Virus genome (UHGV): UHGV-0123226
DNA from: a virus
DNA: 64,000 nt
Reading direction: 5' to 3' (one strand)
The position numbers and the translations under genes were made by a program. Shown in pieces: positions 1 through 9,332 of the stretch. The notes beneath the pieces are model-generated. The model did no database searches, was not told the origin of the DNA, and saw nothing but the letters and a program-made list of their open reading frames with translations. Positions within the stretch are counted from its first letter, which is position 1. Every line of letters starts with the position of its first letter.

Positions 1-48
1 AAACGGCTCATAACCGTTCGGTCACAGGTTCGAGTCCTGTATGGTCCA
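1..48 (+). tRNA. tRNA (CAT anticodon; Met or Ile2), 3' portion from anticodon arm to discriminator; 5' part lies before the window
   Basis: Anticodon stem aacgg/ccgtt with loop ctCATaa (2-18); T-arm acagg-ttcgagt-cctgt (24-40); acceptor 3' strand atggtcc plus discriminator a (41-48). No CCA encoded. Confidence 0.6.
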
Positions 49-49
49 T

Positions 50-80
50 AAAAAAATCCAACCTTTTTAGGTTGGATTAA
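50..80 (-). terminator. Rho-independent terminator for the minus-strand gene, shared with the tRNA 3' flank
   Basis: Hairpin aatccaacc-ttttt-aggttggatt. On the minus strand it is followed by a T-run (complement of aaaaaaa at 50-56). Confidence 0.5.
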
Positions 81-251
81 AAACACAACTATTTGAAAAC
101 GCCGAAACGAAATACTATATCTAATATTAAGATTGAAAGTACTATCCACAGTGCAATTCGTTTTTGAATTGGTTTTCTGTCGTGGAAAATGCATCTAATT
201 TGCTCTTTTCTTTTTGTTATTCTATGTTTTATTTTAGCCATTGCAGTGCTC

Positions 252-632
252 CTATTTTTTTGAAGTAAATGTGTTTCCACAATTTTTGCAGTGCCATTGA
301 TTTTTCCCTTTTTTTCCAGCGAATCCAGCCAATGTACCCACGCCACCTGTTAAAATTGCACCACCTGCAGCTTTACCTACAGAAAAACTTTTACGGTTAT
401 TTTGCATAAATTCTACATTCATACTACGACATTTAGGACAGTGAACCCCGTTATGAAACATGGGTGCTTTTTTATCTTGTTTCTTATCGATTGTTTTTTT
501 TCTTTCTTCAGCTTTTTTGATTCTTTCTGGATCATTTTTCCATTCTTGGAACGAATCAATACTTTTCTCAGTAGCCTTTTTACTAACATCTAACGCTTTT
601 TTTCCAACTTCTTTCCAATCCATAACATACAC
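252..632 (-). CDS. small zinc-ribbon protein with a central glycine-zipper hydrophobic segment (host or prophage-border gene)
   Basis: CPKC...CKNCG tetracysteine zinc ribbon, GGAILTGGVGTLAGFAG GxxxG-rich segment, lysine-rich N-terminus. RBS-like site upstream. Confidence 0.55.
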   Translation of the reverse strand: MYVMDWKEVGKKALDVSKKATEKSIDSFQEWKNDPERIKKAEERKKTIDKKQDKKAPMFHNGVHCPKCRSMNVEFMQNNRKSFSVGKAAGGAILTGGVGTLAGFAGKKGKNQWHCKNCGNTFTSKK

Positions 633-706
633 TCCTGCTTATTAATTTAAGTCAATTCTATCACTTAATAAAGATTTTATAAAGAAAAGTATTATTTTAA
701 TAAAAC

Positions 707-730
707 GACCATACTTTGACCATACTTTTT
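707..730. repeat. tandem direct repeat GACCATACTTT x2 (candidate integrase arm-type sites)
   Basis: gaccatactttgaccatacttttt. The same 11-12-mer is tandemly repeated again at 908-931. Confidence 0.6.
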
Positions 731-864
731 ATGAAAAAGTGGAACTTGTCAGAAAAAATAAACTAAAGAAATACCGGTATTAAAGCGTCTAGAAAGAATT
801 AGAGTTCGTCAAAAAGTACAAAAATCATAACAGTAAAATAATTATATCGATTTTTAATAGGCTG

Positions 865-898
865 AAAACCTTGATGCTAAAGGTTTTTAGTCTTTTTT
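865..898 (+). terminator. intrinsic terminator-like hairpin
   Basis: aaaacctt-gatgct-aaggtttt followed by ttagtctttttt. Confidence 0.4.
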
Positions 899-907
899 AA
901 TTATATT

Positions 908-931
908 GACCATACTTTTGACCATACTTTT
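908..931. repeat. tandem direct repeat GACCATACTTTT x2 abutting the integrase stop codon (candidate arm-type Int binding sites, P' arm of attL)
   Basis: gaccatacttttgaccatactttt, identical motif to 707-730 and located 0 bp from the int stop. Confidence 0.6.
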
Positions 932-2157
932 CAAAAATTTAAATAGGCTGCAAATTTATCGGCAGACCTTTCTTTTTGTTTTTTAGTTACATGTGTGTAA
1001 ATATTCATTGTTGTGTGAATATCTGAATGTCCTAGTCTTTCCTGTACTTCTTTAACAGATAAGCCAGCTTCAAATAATAAACTACAATGTGTATGCCGAA
1101 ATCCGTGTATTGTAATGTCGTTAAAATCATATTCTTTACAGATACGAGACAAAACGGTATTTGGTCGGGTTATATCGATGTAGTTATTATTTTTAGAAGA
1201 AAAAATTATTTGTTCCTTTGTTTTAACATGTTGACCATGTATAAGTAAATATCTTTTTTGTTGAGTTTGCCAATCCCTCAAAGTATTAAGCGTTTCATCA
1301 TCCAGTGAAATTTTTCGGTTAGATGTATCTGTTTTAGGGGGCGTGGTGACTAATTTATTATCTGAATTTCTTACGACTGTTTTATTAATCTCAATCGTTT
1401 TATTAAAAAAATCCACATCATCCCAAGTTAAAGCTAAAGCTTCTCCTTTTCGCATTCCAGTAAAAGCTAGAATCCTGAATAAAGGATAAGTTAAAGGAAA
1501 TTTGTCTTTTTGGCAGCATTTAAGAAAATTTTGTAATTCTTCTTTTTCGAAGTACTTTATTTTATCTTTTTTACGTTTTCGATCACCTTTTGAAAAAGTC
1601 ACTTCTTTCATGGGATTATCTTTAATAAGCTTCATCTTTTTCGCATAATCAAAAACTGCAGATGTATAACTCTTTAAAGCTTTGTAGGTAGAATATTGCT
1701 CTTTCCATTTATTAATAGTTTCTTGGCAGTAAGCTATGTTATAGCTTTGGATTTTTTTATTTCCGAAATAAACTGAAATGTTTTTATCAAATAAAAACTT
1801 AACACGTAAATAGGTGCTTTCTCTTACCGTAGGTTTGTATTGTTCCATCCACATATCTTTTACCTGCGCAAAAGTATAACTAGTCTCTTTCAATAACTCT
1901 TTATCTGTAGCTAGAACTTCTAGTCTCGCAAGGGCAATTTTTGCCTCTTTCTGCGTTCGAAAACCTCTCTTAGTTGTATACCTCTTTTTTCCAGTTAATG
2001 GATCAATTCCAAGGTACGTCTTAAAATACCATGCTTTCTCCCCGTTTTTCTTTTGATACTGTTTTATCATTGCCATGTATAAAACCCCTTTCAAAAACTC
2101 ATGTTCGTCTACATTCAAAAAATTATAAGTACCTTTCCATTTCTGGAGGGAGACCAT
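931..2157 (-). CDS. int: tyrosine site-specific integrase
   Basis: 408 aa; C-terminal catalytic motifs (..HGFRHTH.., ..LGHSDIHTTMNIYTHV..) typical of phage tyrosine integrases; N-terminal arm-binding/SAM-like domain. Confidence 0.9.
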   Translation of the reverse strand: MVSLQKWKGTYNFLNVDEHEFLKGVLYMAMIKQYQKKNGEKAWYFKTYLGIDPLTGKKRYTTKRGFRTQKEAKIALARLEVLATDKELLKETSYTFAQVKDMWMEQYKPTVRESTYLRVKFLFDKNISVYFGNKKIQSYNIAYCQETINKWKEQYSTYKALKSYTSAVFDYAKKMKLIKDNPMKEVTFSKGDRKRKKDKIKYFEKEELQNFLKCCQKDKFPLTYPLFRILAFTGMRKGEALALTWDDVDFFNKTIEINKTVVRNSDNKLVTTPPKTDTSNRKISLDDETLNTLRDWQTQQKRYLLIHGQHVKTKEQIIFSSKNNNYIDITRPNTVLSRICKEYDFNDITIHGFRHTHCSLLFEAGLSVKEVQERLGHSDIHTTMNIYTHVTKKQKERSADKFAAYLNF

Positions 2158-2551
2158 AAAAGTTTAGTATGTCTTGTTTAGTCGGAATATACAACTCATT
2201 CATATGGGTGCCATCAATTCGAAGATAAGTAGAACCACAATTTGCTTGTGCTTCTATTTTTGAAGTCGAGCAAAAACTGTTTGCTGTCATTTTTGCCGTG
2301 TTTTCATCTGGATGAAAGACAGCATGAAATAACTCATGGCCGCAGACAAAATTTTGTTCATTATCATCTAATTCAGCATCTAAATGAATAAACTTTTGTC
2401 TACGGAATTTATTATAAAACCCATACACTTCATTCCCAAAATAGCCATAGAGAATAATGATTCCTTTTTTCTCGGCTATTTCAAACGGATCATTGGTTCC
2501 ATATTTCTGTTTTAATTCTTCAATAGCATAGGGTACATCAGATAAAAGCAT
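2123..2551 (-). CDS. ImmA/IrrE-family zinc metallopeptidase (anti-repressor protease of the XRE-ImmA pair)
   Basis: HELFHAVFH HExxH motif; located immediately downstream of the XRE repressor in the same operon. Confidence 0.8.
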   Translation of the reverse strand: MLLSDVPYAIEELKQKYGTNDPFEIAEKKGIIILYGYFGNEVYGFYNKFRRQKFIHLDAELDDNEQNFVCGHELFHAVFHPDENTAKMTANSFCSTSKIEAQANCGSTYLRIDGTHMNELYIPTKQDILNFYGLPPEMERYL

Positions 2552-2564
2552 GAGAAGACACCTC

Positions 2565-3008
2565 CTAATCTACCGTGGAATCATCACGATATTTTTTCGG
2601 AGTGAACTTTTTCTTCGCAAGAGCTTTGCCAATACGTAAAGATTCCTCTATAGAAGAAATAATAGCAGCGCGTGCTTCTGGAGATAGTTCTTCTGTGTCT
2701 TTTGAGAAAGCAATAGCTTCTGAATTACCCATGTCTTCAATAATTTTTTCTAATTCTTTTTGTATATCACGTTCGTCCTTCTCTGTTAAATCATAATAAC
2801 GACGTTTTTCGGTACGCCCTAGAAGATAGTCTGTCGACACATCGAAATAATCGGCTACTTTTTGAATCTTATCGATACCTGGAGTCCGTTCATCCCATTT
2901 TCTGATTGAGCTATTGGCAAAACCTAGTTTTCGTTCTAACTCAGCAAACGACATCTTTTTTTCATCAGATAACAATTTTATTCTTTGTACTAAACCCATT
3001 ATTATCAA
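2565..3008 (-). CDS. XRE-family HTH transcriptional repressor (CI-like)
   Basis: N-terminal HTH (FAELERKLGFANSSIRKWDERTPG), divergent from the cro-like gene; lysogeny switch position. Confidence 0.85.
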   Translation of the reverse strand: MIIMGLVQRIKLLSDEKKMSFAELERKLGFANSSIRKWDERTPGIDKIQKVADYFDVSTDYLLGRTEKRRYYDLTEKDERDIQKELEKIIEDMGNSEAIAFSKDTEELSPEARAAIISSIEESLRIGKALAKKKFTPKKYRDDSTVD

Positions 3009-3057
3009 CCTTTCACAGCTTTACAAAATAAAATAAGGAAAAAAAACTAAAAATTAG

Positions 3058-3086
3058 TTGACATAAGGAATTTATTCCGTTATAGT
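3058..3086 (+). promoter_or_regulatory. sigma-A type promoter for the rightward (cro/early) transcript
   Basis: TTGACA (3058-3063), 17-nt spacer, TATAGT (3081-3086). Flanked by inverted repeats TAAGCATAA/TTATGCTTA (3123-3131, 3198-3206) and CTTATATTC/GAATATAAG (3215-3223, 3247-3255), likely operators. Confidence 0.55.
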
Positions 3087-3280
3087 ATTCATGTAAGCAA
3101 GATATTTATGGCATACAAAAATCGTAAGCATAAACTAAATAGTCTTCCCGGACATCAGTAAAGCTCGCTTTTTGTGTGCTGTATTTCTTATGCTTACATG
3201 TTAGCTTATATTCCTTTTTGTGTCAAGCGTAAAAAGAATATAAGTGGAGAAAATATTCAATCGATAGGAGGGAACCACAA

Positions 3281-3472
3281 ATGTCATTAAAGAAACAAGT
3301 CGCACACGCTCTGATTGATAAAGATTGGAGTCAACGAGAACTGGCACGTCAAATGGATATTTCGATGGCATATCTTCAAGATATTTTATTAGAAAATCGT
3401 AAGCCAGTTGAACGTTTAAAACAAATTGAAGAGCTTCTTGATATTAAATTAGAGACAAAACAGGAGGTGTAG
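3281..3472 (+). CDS. Cro-like HTH regulator
   Basis: 63 aa; HTH (WSQRELARQMDISMAYLQDIL); first gene of the rightward operon opposite the repressor. Confidence 0.6.
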   Translation: MSLKKQVAHALIDKDWSQRELARQMDISMAYLQDILLENRKPVERLKQIEELLDIKLETKQEV

Positions 3473-3475
3473 TAT

Positions 3476-3760
3476 ATGCAGCTGAATATACCTGATGAGG
3501 TAATTCAAGATGAATTAGCTAATAATATTACCTTTGTCGTTTTAAAAGAGGTTGAAAAACGTTTAAATTTGTTGACCAAGATTATTGAATTGCCGCCTTA
3601 TCCAAACAAATCTCAGGTAAAGAAGATTTTAGAAATCGGCGATGAAAAATTAAGCAGTTGGATTTCAAAAGGCTTAAAAGTGCAGCAATGGAGCGGTCAG
3701 GATATACGAATAGAACGATCTGAGTTACAACGATTTTTAAAAGAAACTTTTGAGATTTAA
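3476..3760 (+). CDS. hypothetical early protein
   Basis: 94-aa ORF with RBS, co-linear with the early operon. Confidence 0.45.
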   Translation: MQLNIPDEVIQDELANNITFVVLKEVEKRLNLLTKIIELPPYPNKSQVKKILEIGDEKLSSWISKGLKVQQWSGQDIRIERSELQRFLKETFEI

Positions 3761-3774
3761 AGGAGGAAAATAAA

Positions 3775-4485
3775 ATGAACAACTTAGTAATTATGAAAGA
3801 CCAACAAGCGGTCACAAGTAGTTTACAAGTTGCAGAAACTTTCGGAAAAGAACACAAAGTTGTTCTAAAAGCCATTGATGAATTAAAAGAGGGGGTGGCA
3901 CAAAATTATGCCGACCTATTTTACGAAGATACCTACATTCATCCACAAAACAAACAATCTTATCGCCAAGTTATTATGAATCGCGACGGCTTCACTTTGT
4001 TAGCAATGGGGTTTACTGGTCAAAAGGCATTGCAGTTCAAACTGAAATATATTGAGGCTTTTAATCAAATGGAAAAAGAAATTCAACAGCCTAAACTTCC
4101 AACCTCACAAAGAAAACTAGCGATGCTTGCTTTATCAGCAAATGAAGAAACAAATGAGCGTGTAGATGTAATTGAAAAAGAAGTAGCCGACTTAAAAGAC
4201 AATCAAAAAATCGGTGCAGATGATTATAGCTACTTATCACGTAGAGTTCATCAGAGAGTTGCAGAAGTAGCAAGAGGATTTGGAAAAATCACAAAGGAAC
4301 AGCGCGGCAAGCTATACAAAGATATTAATTCAGGCATTAAGCAAATCACAGGTGTGGGTACCCGATCACAATTAAGAGAAAAACATTATCCAATGGTAAT
4401 TGAGTATATCAATGACTGGGAGCCGTCTACAGCCACAAAAACAGTTGTAAGACAAATGAGTTTTGACTTAAACGACATTGCGTAA
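3775..4485 (+). CDS. Rha-family phage regulatory protein / antirepressor
   Basis: N-terminal Rha signature (VTSSLQVAETFGKEHKVVLKAIDEL) plus a C-terminal ORF6C-like domain. Confidence 0.65.
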   Translation: MNNLVIMKDQQAVTSSLQVAETFGKEHKVVLKAIDELKEGVAQNYADLFYEDTYIHPQNKQSYRQVIMNRDGFTLLAMGFTGQKALQFKLKYIEAFNQMEKEIQQPKLPTSQRKLAMLALSANEETNERVDVIEKEVADLKDNQKIGADDYSYLSRRVHQRVAEVARGFGKITKEQRGKLYKDINSGIKQITGVGTRSQLREKHYPMVIEYINDWEPSTATKTVVRQMSFDLNDIA

Positions 4486-4681
4486 GGAGAATATTATGGC
4501 TTATACAACTGAACAAGAAAGCTGGATACTCAACCAAATCAAAAAAGAGCGTAAACAGCTACAAGATGATAGAGCAGCGCTTAGACAATCAGAACAACTG
4601 ACCGAAGGAAAAGCATATCAAATTGAAAAAGAACTCGAATTTTTAAGATACTTAGAGATTCAAAATAGAATGCATATTTAA
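4478..4681 (+). CDS. hypothetical coiled-coil protein
   Basis: 67-aa ORF overlapping the upstream stop, RBS present. Confidence 0.4.
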   Translation: MRKENIMAYTTEQESWILNQIKKERKQLQDDRAALRQSEQLTEGKAYQIEKELEFLRYLEIQNRMHI

Positions 4682-4692
4682 GGAGAAATGAA

Positions 4693-4866
4693 ATGAGAAA
4701 AATTTATAACTTAAGAAGAATTGCAGTATTGCTAATCGTATTCGGACTAGGACTGCTAGTAGGCGGAAAGTTTAATCCGATTATCCAAAATGTATATATC
4801 GGCTTATTCATCATTTGGACATTGTTTTATGATCTGGCACTTGAAGATAGAGAGGTAAATAAATGA
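4693..4866 (+). CDS. small membrane protein (57 aa)
   Basis: ATG with RBS aggagaaatgaaATG; two hydrophobic helices (IAVLLIVFGLGLLVGG, IGLFIIWTLFY). Not in the 60-aa or longer ORF track. Confidence 0.35.
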   Translation: MRKIYNLRRIAVLLIVFGLGLLVGGKFNPIIQNVYIGLFIIWTLFYDLALEDREVNK

Positions 4867-5149
4867 CAAGGAAAGAAAAATTACAGCAAACGAAAAAACT
4901 TGCTGATTTATGGTACCAGCAACAAAAAAATAAAATATACATTGCACAACAAAAAGAGCGCAGAGGTGTTGTATGACGACAAAAAAGCGACTTAAGCCGG
5001 CAAGCAATAAGTCGCATACAAAAATATACTAAGAAAATTATATCACAGAAACGAGGTCTTGTGAATGAATCGTAGTGAAGCAGATGCGCTAGATCAATTT
5101 TTAACAGAGCCGTCAGAAGAATTACAGAAAATCGAACCAGAATGGGAAT

Positions 5150-5650
5150 ATGACGAGGAGGAAGATAGCCGTGGCAACACTTTATGAACTTAGCAACGAT
5201 TATTTAAAAGTTTTGTCATTAGCTGAAGAGCTTGATGATGGAACATTAAAAGATACGTTAGATAGTATTAGCGATTCAATCGATTTAAAAGTAGAAAACA
5301 CAGCAAAAGTAGTTAAAGAACTTGAGAGCAACATATCTATTGTTGAAAAAGAAATCAAACGGCTACAGTCACGAAAAACAACGCTTTCTAACAATGTAAA
5401 GAACCTAAAAGGATATCTGCAAGATGAAATGGAAAAGGTCGGCAAAACGAAAATCAAGGGCGAATTATTCAATGTAGGAATTCAAAACAATCCAGTTTCT
5501 GTGAATATTATAGACGAAAAATTAATTCCTATTGGCTTTTTAATTCCTCAACCTCCCAAAGTTGATAAAACAGCTTTGAAAGAAGAACTGAAACATGGGG
5601 AAATCAAAGGTGCAGAATTAGTTCAAACTAAGAGTTTGAGAATTAGATAG
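5150..5650 (+). CDS. Siphovirus Gp157-like protein
   Basis: 166-aa coiled-coil protein directly upstream of a Sak4-type ATPase, the conserved Gp157-Sak4 arrangement. Confidence 0.45.
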   Translation: MTRRKIAVATLYELSNDYLKVLSLAEELDDGTLKDTLDSISDSIDLKVENTAKVVKELESNISIVEKEIKRLQSRKTTLSNNVKNLKGYLQDEMEKVGKTKIKGELFNVGIQNNPVSVNIIDEKLIPIGFLIPQPPKVDKTALKEELKHGEIKGAELVQTKSLRIR

Positions 5651-5661
5651 GAGGTTTCAAT

Positions 5662-6678
5662 ATGGAAATAAAAAAGGCTAAACGCGAAAAAATAAAAGTT
5701 CCTATCATGATAACTGGCGCAAGTGGTAGTGGAAAAACAGTAAGTGCGTTGTTTATTGCTAAAGGAATTATTGAAAAAATGCATTCAGACTTATCAGAAC
5801 AAGAACAATGGGAAAAAATAGGTGTCATTGACACTGAGCACAAACGATCGTTGTTATATGCTGATTCAACCATTGGAAATGTCGACATAGGGGAATTTTT
5901 GCATATTGATTTTGAAGCACCATTTACTGTACAGCGATATATACAGGCTTTTAATTTATTCAAACAAGCTGGGGTTGAAGTGGTTATAGTCGATTCTCTA
6001 ACGCATGCTTGGAGTGGTGAAGGTGGCATTTTAGAACAAGTAGAAAACCATCAGAGAGGCAACTCTAAAAATCAAATGTTGGCTTGGAATAAAGTAAAAC
6101 CATTAGAGAAAGAATTTCTTAAGTTAGTAACAGGAAATTCAATGTATGTGATTGGAACGTCTAGAAGTAAGCAAGCCTACGACATGGAAAAAAATGAACA
6201 AGGTAAAACACAAGTAGTAAAACTAGGGTTGAAACCTGATCAAAAAGATAGTTTGGAATATGAATTTGCTATCGCTTTACGTATTGATCAGGACCACATA
6301 GCGGAAGCTACAAAAGATAACTCAAATATGTTTAATATGCCTTTTAAAATAACAAAAGAAGTAGGCGAAAAAATATATGAATGGAGTAGCGAAGGAATAG
6401 ATTTAGAAAAATTAAAAGATGAATTAATTAGTAGTATTACAGAACTTGCTACACAATCTGAAAATCATGAAAATATGTTTAAAGAGTTGCACAGCAAGAT
6501 TAACAACGTACCTTTAAAAAACGTAAAAACTAAAGTTCTTGAGCGTATGAAAGAAATGTTAGAAAAGATTGAAGTTCCTACTGTGGAACAACAAAGTGAA
6601 AACGAACTCGATGAAGAACAAACAGAATTATTTGACGAGGCAAATCCTCCGATTGCAAATGATTTTGAAAAGAAGTGA
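5662..6678 (+). CDS. Sak4-like (AAA_24) RecA-fold ATPase, ssDNA annealing/recombination
   Basis: Walker A GASGSGKT, Walker B VVIVDSLT; position in the recombination module. Confidence 0.7.
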   Translation: MEIKKAKREKIKVPIMITGASGSGKTVSALFIAKGIIEKMHSDLSEQEQWEKIGVIDTEHKRSLLYADSTIGNVDIGEFLHIDFEAPFTVQRYIQAFNLFKQAGVEVVIVDSLTHAWSGEGGILEQVENHQRGNSKNQMLAWNKVKPLEKEFLKLVTGNSMYVIGTSRSKQAYDMEKNEQGKTQVVKLGLKPDQKDSLEYEFAIALRIDQDHIAEATKDNSNMFNMPFKITKEVGEKIYEWSSEGIDLEKLKDELISSITELATQSENHENMFKELHSKINNVPLKNVKTKVLERMKEMLEKIEVPTVEQQSENELDEEQTELFDEANPPIANDFEKK

Positions 6679-6682
6679 TTGA

Positions 6683-7324
6683 ATGATTGGGAAAATCATA
6701 AAACATAAAGGGAATATGTTGGCCATCGAATTTGAGGATGAAATAAATTCAAATTTTCTCGAACTTCTGGCTAATAACGATGATAATTTAGCGAAAGTTG
6801 AATTCTTAGATAATCGACAGATGTCTCAAAAACAGAATGCACTTTCTCACGTTCTAATAGCCGATGTAGCACGTTGGAGCTATGACGAACCTAAATGGAT
6901 TGAAAGTGTCTTGAAATACTACTACGAGGCTAAGAGTGGTGTTTATTTTGAACATAGTAGAGCTACCAAGAATGAAGCGACTGAGTGGATCGGTTTCTTG
7001 ATTGAGTTCATTTTGAAAAACGATATACCACTGGAAAAAAGATACCAATACTTGCTTGAAAATAACAAATGGTTTTATTACTGCCTGAAATATCGTAAGT
7101 GCTGTATTTGCGGTAAGCATGCTGACGTTTGTCATATCGAAGTTGTCGGAATGGGTCGCAATCGTAAGAAAATCAGCCATGAAAATTTTACTTTTTATGC
7201 AGGTTGCCGTTTCCATCACCAAGAAGAACATCGTATTGGTACTAAGAACTTTTTGAATAAGTATCAAATAAAACCAGTCAAACTAAATATTGAAGAACGC
7301 AAGAAATTAAATATAGGAGGGTAA
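6683..7324 (+). CDS. Cys/His-rich hypothetical protein (HNH-like zinc-finger)
   Basis: CCICGKHADVCH....GCRFHHQEEH cluster; follows Sak4. Confidence 0.4.
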   Translation: MIGKIIKHKGNMLAIEFEDEINSNFLELLANNDDNLAKVEFLDNRQMSQKQNALSHVLIADVARWSYDEPKWIESVLKYYYEAKSGVYFEHSRATKNEATEWIGFLIEFILKNDIPLEKRYQYLLENNKWFYYCLKYRKCCICGKHADVCHIEVVGMGRNRKKISHENFTFYAGCRFHHQEEHRIGTKNFLNKYQIKPVKLNIEERKKLNIGG

Positions 7325-7327
7325 CCA

Positions 7328-8179
7328 GTGAATGAACATAGAGGCTTTTATGCTATCATTCCAGCCATTGTCCGCTACGATAACCAATTAAATGGGAATG
7401 CAAAGCTATTATATGGAGAGCTGACAGCATTAGCAAATGAAAGAGGCTACTGTTGGGCAACAAATCAATACTTTGCCAGCCTATACAACGTTAGCAAACG
7501 GACAATCATATCATGGATGAAGCAATTAGAAAAACGAAAATATATAAAGATACAAGTCTTTTACAAACCAGATAGCAAAATTGTAGATCGTAGACATATT
7601 TATATATTGCCTTTTCCAACTGATACAGAATTCTACACCCCTAGTGAAGAAAATTTCATCACCTATGGAAAAAATCATCACGAGGGTGGTGAAGAAAATT
7701 TCACTACCCCTGGTGAAGAAAACTTCACAGAGAATAATACATTAATTAATAATACAAAGAATAATACATTGAATAAAAAGAATAGTGTTGAGCCAAGCTC
7801 AACCATGTCCGAATTATTCGAAAAAGTTTGGAAAACTTATCCAAAGAAAACCAACAAGAAAAAAGCTAGAGAACAATTTTTAAAGAAGTTCAAGACGGAA
7901 GAAGATTTAGAGTCGTTTAAAAAAGGATATAAAGACTATCTTGCGTATATTAAATTAAACGATTGGTACCATCCACAAGAATTGTTTCGTTGGATCCGTG
8001 ATGATCGTTATAACGATGAATATGATTTATCTCAAACAAATAAACAGTCTGCGTATTCTAAGGCGCCAGTGAGACAAGAGCAGTTACCAAATTGGACTGG
8101 AATGCAAGAAGATGTGCCTTTATCAGCTGAAGAATTAGCTGAATTAGAACGACAAAAACAAGAATTATTAGGAGAGTGA
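7328..8179 (+). CDS. phage replication initiator / replisome organizer (DnaD-like N-terminal HTH)
   Basis: N-terminal motif [26 protein letters not shown] typical of the phage replisome organizer N-domain; internal DNA iterons (7644-7732) typical of an embedded ori. Confidence 0.65.
   Translation: MNEHRGFYAIIPAIVRYDNQLNGNAKLLYGELTALANERGYCWATNQYFASLYNVSKRTIISWMKQLEKRKYIKIQVFYKPDSKIVDRRHIYILPFPTDTEFYTPSEENFITYGKNHHEGGEENFTTPGEENFTENNTLINNTKNNTLNKKNSVEPSSTMSELFEKVWKTYPKKTNKKKAREQFLKKFKTEEDLESFKKGYKDYLAYIKLNDWYHPQELFRWIRDDRYNDEYDLSQTNKQSAYSKAPVRQEQLPNWTGMQEDVPLSAEELAELERQKQELLGE
7644..7790. repeat. candidate origin: 3 x GTGAAGAAAAyTTCA iterons plus AATAATACA x3 AT-rich repeats inside the replication initiator gene
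   Basis: agtgaagaaaatttca (7644), ggtgaagaaaatttca (7687), ggtgaagaaaacttca (7712); each iteron is an imperfect palindrome TGAA-N6-TTCA. Followed by aataatacatt / aataataca / aataatacatt. Confidence 0.5.
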
Positions 8180-8183
8180 CAAT

Positions 8184-8711
8184 ATGATAAACCAAGTTGT
8201 GTTAGTTGGACGTTTAACGAAAGATATAGATTTACGCTACACCGCAAGTGGTTCTGCAGTTGGAAGCTTTACTCTTGCTGTGAACCGTAACTTTACAAAC
8301 CAAAACGGCGAACGAGAAGCGGATTTTATCAACTGTGTAATTTGGCGTAAGCCTGCTGAAACAATGGCTAATTATGCTCGTAAAGGAACATTATTAGGAG
8401 TTGTTGGAAGAATTCAAACTCGTAATTATGACAACCAGCAAGGCCAACGTGTCTATCTGACTGAAGTTGTTTGCGAGAGTTTCCAATTATTGGAATCAAA
8501 AAGCGCCAACGAGAATAGAAATAGCATTCAGACTTCACAGAATAGCGGTACAAGCGTTCAAAACAATTTCGAGAGTAATTATACCACAAATCAAAACAAA
8601 GGCTTAAATCAGCAAAATAACAGCCAACAAATGTCGTTTGGTGGAGATGCGGATCCGTTTGCAGGTGCAGGTAATTCAATCGACATTAGCGATGATGATC
8701 TGCCGTTCTAG
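8184..8711 (+). CDS. ssb: single-stranded DNA-binding protein
   Basis: OB-fold N-terminus ([31 protein letters not shown]), Gln/Asn-rich linker, acidic C-terminal tail DDDLPF. Confidence 0.9.
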   Translation: MINQVVLVGRLTKDIDLRYTASGSAVGSFTLAVNRNFTNQNGEREADFINCVIWRKPAETMANYARKGTLLGVVGRIQTRNYDNQQGQRVYLTEVVCESFQLLESKSANENRNSIQTSQNSGTSVQNNFESNYTTNQNKGLNQQNNSQQMSFGGDADPFAGAGNSIDISDDDLPF

Positions 8712-8723
8712 GAGGTTAAAGAA

Positions 8724-8918
8724 ATGAACAGTGTAATTTTTGAAGATATAGCACGTATTCAAGCTGAAAAAAAGCAAAAGCGAAAAGAAATGCTTAAGTT
8801 AATGAATGAAAACCCAGACTGGTATAAACATCCCAAAAGCATGGTCTATCGTCAAATTAAATTATTTGGTAAGGATATTGGTGAGCAAACAATGGATAAA
8901 TCTAAACCAATCAACTAA
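8724..8918 (+). CDS. hypothetical protein
   Basis: 64-aa ORF with RBS aggaggttaaagaaATG. Confidence 0.4.
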   Translation: MNSVIFEDIARIQAEKKQKRKEMLKLMNENPDWYKHPKSMVYRQIKLFGKDIGEQTMDKSKPIN

Positions 8919-9072
8919 ATTGATAAAGACAAGTTCACCATTCAAGAATATTTGTATTTGCAATGGATTGGTTATTCAGTGAATGCAATCATAGAAGCGT
9001 TAGGAATGCCTAGAAGCAAATTCTGGGAATATAAAGCTGAACATTTAAATTAGATTTATGAAATGAAAGTGA

Positions 9073-9279
9073 GTGTTCATTTTGCTGGAGATTTATTACA
9101 CGCCAACATCCGCAATAATTGCGGATGTATTGGCTAAAACATATGAAGTCGTTTCTTTAGACAAAGCTAGAAATATTGCGAAGAAATTTAAGGCTAGTTT
9201 AAAGCAGAAAACAGACCTTTATGTAATTGAAAGTATTTTGATTGATGCTGGTTATAAAAAAGAGCCAGTGAATTTATAA
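9073..9279 (+). CDS. hypothetical protein
   Basis: 68-aa ORF. Confidence 0.3.
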   Translation: MFILLEIYYTPTSAIIADVLAKTYEVVSLDKARNIAKKFKASLKQKTDLYVIESILIDAGYKKEPVNL

Positions 9280-9332
9280 GAAAGGAGCGGAGATTTGCGG
9301 CCGCATTAAAAAGCTTTTTCTCCTTTGAAATT

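Noticed and set aside
89-645. ORFs 89-346(-), 402-593(+), 460-645(+)
   Set aside because: They overlap the better-supported zinc-ribbon gene 252-632(-); low-complexity translations; no RBS support.
688-705. 12-bp AT-rich match (TATTATTTTAAT) between the left border and 35925-35945 as an att core
   Set aside because: It is present only in inverse orientation and has very low complexity in an AT-rich genome; insufficient evidence.
3582-3875. ORF 3582-3875 (-) in the prophage A early region
   Set aside because: Antisense overlap with two co-oriented plus-strand early genes with good RBSs; likely spurious.
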